A DNA stretch of 11,221 nt from the NCBI RefSeq assembly GCF_006345805.1, contig NW_021827049.1, positions 1 through 11,221 on the forward strand, written 5' to 3'. Of the stretch, positions 1 through 7,024 are shown piece after piece. The position numbers and the translations under genes are program-made. The notes under the pieces were generated by a model, which was given only the letters and a program-made list of their open reading frames with translations, did no database searches and was not told the DNA's origin. How positions within the stretch are numbered: position 1 is the stretch's first letter; each line of letters begins with the position of its first letter. The stretch comes from Octopus sinensis (taxonomy: Eukaryota).

Positions 1-58
<58 letters not shown>

Positions 59-60
59 CA
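1..60. repeat. (TA)n microsatellite, truncated by the window edge
   Basis: Nearly pure TA dinucleotide run with a few TACA interruptions. Confidence 0.98.
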
Positions 61-278
61 AGTAAGAGGTTTTAGTGCCTCCTTCTTGTAAGAGGTTTGA
101 AACCTCATATTGATTTTAAAAAAAGGAAAATATGTCTTCGAGAAAAATCCAATCGACGAGTGTTGGGTTTCGTCTCTCATTTATTCGTTTTATTTCATTT
201 TCATTCATTAATGTGTTTGTCCAGCCCGCAAAGCTACTCAATCTTTGTACTGTCTATATGACAAATTTTATGAAATAA

Positions 279-407
279 AGTAGCTTACTTACCAACCAAG
301 TTCAGTCCCACTCCGCGGAACCTTGGGCAAGTGTCTTCTCCTATAGCCTCGGGCCCACCAAACCTTGCAAGTGTATTTGGTAGACGGAAACTGAAAGAAG
401 CCCGTCG
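279..407 (+). mobile_element. SINE family A (tRNA-headed, CORE-like), partial copy
   Basis: AGTAGCTTACTTACCAACCA..GTTCAGTCCCACT..ACCTTGGGCAAGTGTCTTCT..GGTAGACGGAAACTGAAAGAAGCCCGTCG aligns to the reverse complement of 7855-8000. It lacks the first ~22 nt, has a small deletion in the tRNA-like head, and ends at the internal TA/TG microsatellite. Confidence 0.92.
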
Positions 408-475
408 TATATATGTATACATATGTGTGTGTGTGTTTGAGTGAGTGTATGTATAAATATGTCTGTCTGTGTCTG

Positions 476-506
<31 letters not shown>
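408..506. repeat. Compound (TA)/(TG)/(TC) microsatellite
   Basis: Directly visible, and at the position of the internal microsatellite of SINE family A. Confidence 0.9.
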
Positions 507-817
507 TTAACATTATAGTCGATTTGGATATAATCATATTTGATAATAAAGTTTATTATAAGAAAATTATTATATTATATATTATTTATTATCTTAAAAA
601 TATGATTATATTTTAGATATGTAAACCACCTGAAGAATGACTGTAACTCGAAAATTTTAAGAATTGAACAGCCATGAAACGATCGTAGTGTTATATTAAT
701 TATCTTTTTTAATAATTTGATATATATTTTAAAAATAATAAATTAATTAATCTTATGTATTGGCTTAAGTTTTTCATGTATGATTTGCCTAATAGTGGTT
801 TTATCTCTAATTTAATA

Positions 818-867
818 ATATATATAATATATATATATATATAATTATATATATGTGTGTGTGTGTG
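818..867. repeat. (TA)n/(TG)n microsatellite; the TG part is the likely (CA)n tail of the adjacent LINE
   Basis: Directly visible and abuts the 3' end of the minus-strand RTE fragment. Confidence 0.85.
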
Positions 868-1420
868 ATGGCTGCCTCCTCGTTATCGAGTATGGTCATT
901 GCACGAAGCTTAACTGTTATTGGTGCTGTGATTGAATGTAACTTTTTAGCCCAGCTAAAGATCTACAATGTCTTGTGCAGAATTGGCAACTAAAACCTTT
1001 ATCGGTAATAGCCGGCTGTAGTTGTTACTGGGCTTCATGTACCTTTGCATGTCGTTTAAGTCCTCCTGTCGAATTACACTCTCTTCCACATGCCTGACAG
1101 ATATGATTAGTATGGTGTGTAACACCACCAACAGTGACCAGGTTGTCACTCATCTGTCTTGCTTTATGACTACGAAGACGACTCTTGAGTTCAGCTTTAC
1201 TGAGGCAGGGTCTTGCACAGACATTGCATGTCAGCATCAAAGGAAGATCCTTACCGTCTAGAAGTGCAACAGCAATGCCCTTCCTGACATCCCTCCTTAC
1301 TTTCTCATATACAACAGGAGATTTCTCAAAAGTGGCTGTCCCCTCGTGCACAATCCTTCTCTACCTGCTACGATGAATAGCTATACTCTCCCATGTGTCA
1401 GGAGAGATGCAAGCAACCCC
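868..1420 (-). mobile_element. 5'-truncated RTE-type non-LTR retrotransposon: 3' end of ORF2, short 3' UTR and (CA)n tail
   Basis: One minus frame reads ACISPDTWESIAIHRSR*RRIVHEGTATFEK..RRDVRK..C-x2-C..H, matching the RTE ORF2 C-terminal signature (W-E-x-x-A-x-D-R-x-x-W-R, then FE, basic stretch, C2H2 finger). The UTR has a small CTCG-ATAA-CGAG hairpin and runs into (CA)n. Confidence 0.88.
917..1414 (-). pseudogene. Disrupted RTE ORF2 C-terminal region with three C2H2-like zinc fingers
   Basis: Single frame with in-frame stops at 1361-1363 (TAG at the conserved Trp) and 1025-1027 (TAA), and a final TAA at 917-919. Fingers: CNVCARPCLSKAELKSRLRSH, CQACGRECNSTGGLKRHAKVH, CQFCTRHCRSLAGLKSYIQSQH. 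Confidence 0.85.
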
Positions 1421-1424
1421 AATA

Positions 1425-1425
1425 G

Positions 1426-1481
<56 letters not shown>
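1425..1481. repeat. (CA)n(TA)n microsatellite
   Basis: Directly visible; marks the 5' truncation side of the LINE fragment. Confidence 0.95.
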
Positions 1482-1482
<1 letters not shown>

Positions 1483-1494
1483 TGTTATAGAAAC

Positions 1495-1633
1495 AACTCA
1501 CTTTTAGCAGCTGAATGGACTGGAGTAATGTGAACTAAAGTGTCTTGCATAAGGACACAATGCACCATGGGGAATCGAACGGACGACGTTGTGATCGTGA
1601 GCCGCATACACTAACCACTAGGCCACGTACCTT
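1495..1633 (-). mobile_element. SINE family B, head plus CORE-like segment only
   Basis: Minus strand has A-box TGGCCTAGTGG, B-box GTTCGATTCC, then TGTGTCCTTATGCAAGACACTTTAGTTCACATTACTCCAGTCCATTCAGCTG, homologous to 6205-6349. Confidence 0.88.
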
Positions 1634-1800
1634 GTCCTATTTAGCGTGTCACGCTGAATATCGCCGAGAACTACGTTAAAGGTATAAATAGATGTCTGTA
1701 GGGGTGCTCAGCCATTTCTAAGTTAATTTCACTAGGAAGCTGTACCGTTGATCGGATCTACTAGAAAACTTGTCGTTTTAATCGATGGAGAGCCCAGCCA
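1630..1800 (+). mobile_element. SINE family C, diverged 3' half
   Basis: GTGTCACGCTGAATATCGCCGAGAACTACGTTAA..GTGCTCAGCCA..GTTAATTTCAC..CCGTTGATCGGATC..CGATGGAG is homologous to the reverse complement of 3130-3290. Confidence 0.88.
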
Positions 1801-1805
1801 CTAAA

Positions 1806-1851
1806 TACACACACACACACACACACACACATACACACACACATACACACA

Positions 1852-1895
<44 letters not shown>

Positions 1896-1897
1896 CA
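1806..1897. repeat. (CA)n microsatellite, likely the SINE C tail
   Basis: Directly visible, immediately 3' of the SINE C fragment. Confidence 0.95.
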
Positions 1898-1983
1898 CAG
1901 AGTTACACCTCGGATTTCTTTCGAGATTGTTGCCAGTTATTAAAATGAATCCATCGTTAGCAATCAAATTGTATTTCTCTATG

Positions 1984-2010
1984 CATATATATGTAATGCG
2001 TGTATTATGC

Positions 2011-2042
<32 letters not shown>

Positions 2043-2047
2043 TATAA

Positions 2048-2091
<44 letters not shown>

Positions 2092-2102
2092 GCACATACA
2101 TA
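1984..2102. repeat. Interrupted (TA)n microsatellite
   Basis: Directly visible. Confidence 0.95.
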
Positions 2103-3034
2103 TTGTTTATTATACACGGTGACGTTTTGTCGAAATATGTCCAACAGCTAATATATTTACTGCCAACGCCCGAGGTCAATTAGCTCCAAGTTTGTATTTC
2201 CGAGTTAGAGGCTACGATTACGGAGTAACATTGCCAAACTGTTTCGTTCGCTTGCAGCACAGTGTGACGTTCTTCTAAAATCAAACGATTAATGCCAAGT
2301 TTCCATTGGCATTCTGTAATTAAAAGTTTTAGAAGGATTCCTACCATGATACTATACTAATATCATTACAGGGAATTAAAGACGCGCTCGCTCATGATTC
2401 AAGTTGTATCTACTGCTAGATACAATGGTTAAATGGTTAAATGTACGAAGTCTCAGCTTAAAAGGAGATGAATCGAACTTGAAGGATGTAAAGGAAATAT
2501 TAAAAAAAAACGACATGAAAAGTGAAATATAGATAAAATAAAATCTTTTCCTTAGTTCACGCATGAATAACATAGAATTACAACGCATCTAGATCTAGAC
2601 ATATTGTATTGAGATACAATGTATCTACCCTTATACTTTCTGACAACCAGTATTAATTTAGTAAATTGTAGACATTGGTATAAGTCATTTGTGGAAGGCA
2701 GGATCGATTATCTTACACACGCTCTAGTGCTACGAATAAAACAAAGTTGTATGACTTTTTGACTTATAAGAGATCACTCAAAGTAGAATGAAAGCGGCGG
2801 CATTAGGACAATCAGTACTACGATGTTCATTTATTTCAGAAGTGTGTTATCACCGTAATAGAGTTCCTGCAGGGAATCGAGCTTGAATCTGAAAAGAGGA
2901 TCTCTTTGAACTTAACACATTCGACTTAATGATTGTTGAGTGAAACACGCATAGACTCTGTATGCAATTTTATCTGATTCTATGCGGTGTGTGTTCAAAC
3001 CTTCGCCTCGTATGTAACAAATAACTAGCACAAT

Positions 3035-3124
3035 CTCCCTCTCCCTCTTCCTGTCCCTGTCCCTCTTCCTCTTACTCTCCCTCTTCTATTCCCTCTCTCA
3101 CACACATTATCTATCTATCTATAC
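3035..3124. repeat. CT-rich low-complexity tract followed by (ATCT)n
   Basis: CTCCCT/CTCTT repeats, then ATCTATCTATCTAT. Confidence 0.85.
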
Positions 3125-3128
3125 ATGA

Positions 3129-3510
3129 GAGCACTCCGTCGGTTACGACGATGAGGGTTCCGGTTGATCCGAATCAACGGAACAGCCTGCTCGTGAAATT
3201 AACGTGTAAGTGGCTGAGCACTCCACAGACACGTGTACCCTTAACGTAGTTCTCGGGGATATTCAGCGTGACACAGAGAGTGACAAGGCCGGCCCTTTGA
3301 AATACAGGTACAACAGAAACAGGAAGTAAGAGTGAGAGAAAGTTGTGGTGAAAGAGTACAGCAGGGATCACCACCATCCCCTGCCGGAGCCTCGTGGAGC
3401 TTTAGGTGTTTTCGCTCAATAAACACTCACAACGCCCGGTCTGGGAATCGAAACCGCGATCCTATGACCGCGAGTCCGCTGCCCTAACCACTGGGCCATT
3501 GCGCCTCCAC
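3129..3510 (-). mobile_element. SINE family C, apparently full length (tRNA-derived head, body, hairpin-rich 3' tail)
   Basis: Minus strand starts GTGGAGGCGCAATGGCCCAGTGG (A-box at 3488-3498) with B-box GTTTCGATTCC (3444-3454). The 3' region has two hairpins (3137-3150 and 3157-3183). A second copy of the tail lies at 1630-1800. Confidence 0.93.
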
Positions 3511-3623
3511 GCTATCTATACATACATATATAAGTGCAGCATTAACATATCATATTATTACGTAACGCTAAATCATCTGAAACGCGCGTAAGCGAATTAT
3601 AGATTACACATTATGATGTAATG

Positions 3624-3908
3624 CAGTGGTTCTCAAAGTGGGTAGTACTGCCCCCTTTGGGGCGGAAGAAAGATCCAGGGGTGGAGGCGTTGAAGTAAAA
3701 TGGGGTGATAACGGGGTGGCCAAAATGGGTTAGATGTAAAAAGAAATATTAATACTTTAATTAGGTTTAAGTTTTATTTGTGAAATAAAGTTGTTTTGAA
3801 TTTTCTGCAGAAAGTGGTCTATATTTGTGGTGGGGAAGGGAAGGGGTCACTAAGAATGTGGCCTGGGTGCTAAGGGAGCAGCAGCCTGAAAATGTTTAGG
3901 AACTACCG
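3624..3908. mobile_element. Non-autonomous hAT (Charlie/Buster-type) MITE
   Basis: Left end CAGTGGTTCTCAAAG; right end reads CGGTAGTTCCTAAAC on the minus strand (imperfect TIR). The 8-bp flanks ATGTAATG and AGGTAAAG match at 6/8, consistent with a decayed hAT TSD. Confidence 0.8.
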
Positions 3909-3961
3909 AGGTAAAGAATATACGAAACTCAATTCTTTATGTTATGCCCTTTTACATTGTA

Positions 3962-4044
3962 TTTGTTACAGTCATGAGACTGCGGCCATACTGGGTCAGT
4001 ACCTTGGAGAATTTTACTCGAACGAATTGACCCCATTTAAAGCC
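3962..4044 (-). mobile_element. SINE family A-like 3' tail fragment, diverged
   Basis: TTGTTACAGTCATGAGACTGCGGCCATACTGG..TCGAACGAATTGACCCC is homologous to 7622-7685 (TTGTTTCAATCATTTGACTGCGGCCATGCTAG..TCGAGCAACTCGACCCC). Confidence 0.8.
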
Positions 4045-4228
4045 AATATGTACAAGCATAGATCGTTAGCCACTACACACACTTTTTTCTCTCCTTGTTT
4101 TTTCTGTGTCCCTTTCTGTAGAAGAGCGTGGGCTCGAAACGTAAAAGACTTTTTCTATTCCTGAGCGTTATACTAATACAGCTGCTTGTTTTGTACACCA
4201 CCTGTCTTCGTCTTTTGTTTTTTTCGTA
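4045..4228 (+). mobile_element. Penelope-like element terminal-repeat (pLTR-like) fragment
   Basis: Pyrimidine-rich flanks around a CTG-NN-GAA-GAGC-N4-GCTC-GAAAC motif, the layout typical of hammerhead-bearing Penelope termini, ending in a TA microsatellite. No PLE coding sequence is visible, so the class is inferred. Confidence 0.6.
4108..4149 (+). ncRNA. Minimal type I hammerhead ribozyme-like motif with variant core
   Basis: Stem I: CUUU (4112-4115) with AAAG (4144-4147), extended by GU (4108-4109) with AC (4148-4149). Core CUGUAGA plus an extra A (4116-4123). Stem II GAGC-GUGG-GCUC (4124-4135), then GAAA. Loopless palindromic stem III ACGU (4139-4142). GUA triplet with predicted cleavage after 4143. 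Confidence 0.7.
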
Positions 4229-4254
4229 TATATATATATACATACATGCAACTG

Positions 4255-5265
4255 TTGCTTTCTACTTTCCAATTAAACACCAACATTTTTGTAAAACCTT
4301 TACCTTTACTGAGTCTTTGTACTTCTGTATCTAAGATAGGATCATGTTATTTATCTTCCGTATTTTCCAGTACAACTTTGGAAAAGTAGTGTTGTAATGG
4401 TGTCGCTGTTATTGAATTTTATTATTTTAAACAACAATTTCTATGACATGTCCAAACAAAAGTTCAGAATGGATTTATCTTTATTGCAGTCCTTTGGCAC
4501 AACCAACCATTAATGAAGTCCCATCAACGACGAACGTAGAGAGCTTAAATAAAGATATATCTATTGACATTGCATATAGCTTGAACATGTTATATATTTC
4601 CTCAGTTGATGTTCGCCCTTTTATAGGGTATATTTTCAATAGCCTTTCTCTAACAGCGAAGTCAGTAAATAACAGCCGTACATCAACTCTCAGGTGTGTT
4701 GGGTCTAATATGCTCATAAATGTTCAGTGAGAACCACTTATGAAGTACCAAGTCAGTCTTTAATGGAGTTGGCATGCAATTCTTCTTGTAATGACATTGC
4801 CTGGCAATTCTAAGTCTTCTATTGCTGAAATATTCTCACGTTTGTTAGAAAATACATTAAGTAAACTACCATTGACAGTCAGAAGCATTTTTTTCAACAC
4901 TGTGCCGTTCTGGAAAATTTATTTTAAAAATTCTTTTGTAAGCTCCGTAAACGAGAAATTTCGACGGCAGCATATCTGTCATTTTAAGACTTTATTACGT
5001 TTCTAGCTAAAACCTAATGCTGGATAGATATGCTTGATATTGGCCGGTTTCTTTTACTACTTTGTTTCAGATTTAAGTGGGTGGCTGTTATAGAAAAATA
5101 TGAAATTACACTGGAAATGGCACCCGACATTTTTTTCCAATACTACAATCATATCGCCACTCAGTAAACAAATGTATTCATCATTAAAATTGGCATAAAA
5201 TAAGATACTTCGCATTCGGCATTAAATCTGTATGTTCTTTGTTCTTTTCGAAACTTGTACGGTTG
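4255..5265 (-). pseudogene. Decayed hAT transposase, Buster/SPIN/Charlie (GTF2IRD2/ZBED-like) group, C-terminally truncated
   Basis: Frameshifted minus-strand segments appear in the expected order: RTYRFNAECEVSYF; EYICLLSGDMIVV (BED-like region); FQNGTVLKKMLL; ISAIEDLELPGNVITRRI; KWFSL; ERLLKIYPIKGRTSTEEIY..VDGTSLMVG (the DGAxxMxG motif); NSITATPLQH..DPILDTEVQRLSKGK (the HxEVRWLSxG motif). Many stops and frameshifts. Confidence 0.88.
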
Positions 5266-5574
5266 GGGAGTAAAAGTAAAAAATATTGCAAACAGTCAAA
5301 GCAAGAAAAAACGAAATATTAATTGCATATTAAGGCTTGGGGGTTTCACAAAAGTGAGAGATCTAGCTTACATATTTCCGGCAAACAAAACTGAAAATTT
5401 TGGTTAAAGACAAAATGATGCGAGTTTTTACCGAACAAAACTAACTGAAAGTTTTATAATATAACAACCAATAAATGTATATTTATTCAATTCAAAGTAG
5501 TTCAATAAATGCTTTTTGTATGTCTGACACCGTTATATAATTCTGATATTACTTATATAGGACTTGGGTCTTTC

Positions 5575-5841
5575 ATGAACCCAAGGACTCATAAGGCCGG
5601 AACCCGGTTTCAATGGCATAAAAGTGATTGGGATTAATACACGTCGCCCTGATTGGAACTCCGATCCGTCGCAGGATTACCGTTCCAGCAAATACTGGAA
5701 CTCGTTTGCACCTGAGTGAATTGGAGTGACGTGAAATGATGTGCATTGCTCTAGAACAGAACGCATCGCCCTGTCCGGGAATCGAAACAAAGATCTAACG
5801 AGCGTAAGTACAATGCCCGAACTACACGACCATTTGCCTTC
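5575..5841 (-). mobile_element. SINE family B, old diverged near-full copy
   Basis: Minus strand: GAAGGCAAATGGTCGTGTAG..GTTTCGATTCCCGGACAGGGCGATGCGTT..CATTTCACGTCACTCCAATTCACTCAG..TGCCATTGAAACCGG..CCTTATGAGTC, colinear with 6092-6349. Confidence 0.85.
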
Positions 5842-6091
5842 ACTCTAATAATTAATATTTAAAAAATATCACGAAGGCTGATAACCCTCTGTCCGTCCTT
5901 ACCACACGTAATACACAAGATAGGTTTCCTCGTCGTCCTTGCATCGTATCTGATACACATTCCCAACGTTTTTTAGACAACAAGAATACCTTAGGTCTTA
6001 GCTTTATATTTCTGCAGACGTATGAAACGAAAGCTAAAGCGTGAAAACCAGCATGGACTTTTCGCATAGACACAGGAAAATGTTTTGGACA

Positions 6092-6349
6092 AGTAAAGGT
6101 AAAGTTTCCTTCCCAGTCATACCGACTCATATGGACAGATTTATCGTTTTTCATGGCGTATAAATTCTCCACCTGGATGGGACGCAGGTCCTTCGCAGGT
6201 TTACTCATTTTTGCCAGTTGAATGGATTGGAGCAACGTGAAATGAAGGGTTTTCCTGAAGAACACAACGCGTCGCCCGGTCCAGGAATCGAAACCAGAAT
6301 CTTACGATCATGAGTCTGACACAGCTAACCACTAATCCACACGCCTCCA
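6092..6349 (-). mobile_element. SINE family B, near full length, with TTTACC-type tail
   Basis: tRNA-like head (TGGATTAGTGG A-box-like, GTTTCGATTCC B-box), CORE-like CATTTCACGTTGCTCCAATCCATTCAACTGGCAAAAATGAGT, and 3' ATGAGTCGGTATGACTGGGAAGGAAACTTTACCTTTAC. Confidence 0.9.
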
Positions 6350-6639
6350 CGAACAGGCGAAGGATTAACTTCAGTAAAACACTGCTTGTTTAGTATATAC
6401 TATTAAATATTTGTATTCATAAATGTCATTTAGAAATATTTTTCGGGCCACAAAGAAAAATGGCTGAGGAATATTGTCACCAAAACAGTTAAATATATAT
6501 AGAATAAAAAATACGAACCATGACCCCTCAAAAGCTTGAGGGACAAAGTGGCAACATCGGGCACAGGATTAGGGACTTCTACATATTTCGTTACTCTTTA
6601 TCTCAAGTAAGAACATGAAGATGTGATAACCATGTATGT

Positions 6640-6667
6640 ACAAACATACATACATGCACACACACAC

Positions 6668-6743
<76 letters not shown>

Positions 6744-6744
6744 G

Positions 6745-6775
<31 letters not shown>

Positions 6776-6836
6776 GTCTATCTATCTATCTATCTGTCTA
6801 TCTATCTATCTATCTGTCTATCTATCTATCTATCTA
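6640..6836. repeat. (ATAC)/(CA) lead-in and long (ATCT)n tetranucleotide array with occasional GTCT units
   Basis: Directly visible; explains the IYLS-repeat ORFs. Confidence 0.98.
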
Positions 6837-7024
6837 TAATTAGATTTGTCTAGTGAATGTTTTAAAAAAAGATGGATGAATGTAGCAAGGATGGCACGTA
6901 TGAATGACGAAGCCACCTTGACTATGATCCTATGAACCGTAAAAATTAATAGAGTTGCTTATTTGTAAAACAAAAAATATAACATGTGACTTCATTGACC
7001 GAGGATTCCGTAGGCTTTTTTTTC

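Noticed and set aside
1025-1351. Host C2H2 zinc-finger transcription factor gene
   Set aside because: No TGEKP-type linkers, an upstream in-frame RTE DRxxWR-type motif, and a downstream UTR plus (CA)n tail all point to a LINE ORF2 remnant.
2840-2940. Possible exon after TTTATTTCAG (KCVITVIEFLQGIELESEKRISLNLTHST*)
   Set aside because: Short, no convincing donor, no recognisable motif.
3421-3510. tRNA-like sequences with A/B boxes (also 1560-1633, 5770-5841, 6270-6349, 7950-8022)
   Set aside because: No complete cloverleaf or acceptor stem, and each continues into a SINE body; these are SINE heads, not tRNA genes.
4728-4738. 11-bp inverted match (TGAGAACCACT) to the MITE left TIR at 3625-3635
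   Set aside because: It lies inside the transposase coding remnant (KWFSL), lacks the terminal base and has no TSD; most likely chance.
6018-6098. Plus-strand internal exon CAG|ACG..ACAA|GTAAAG
   Set aside because: All three frames contain stops and the apparent donor is part of the SINE B TTTACC tail. Only the weaker terminal-exon idea is kept as a finding.
6670-6836. Regular arrays as possible CRISPR or satellite systems
   Set aside because: Simple 2-4 bp tandem repeats with no unique spacers, in a eukaryotic context.
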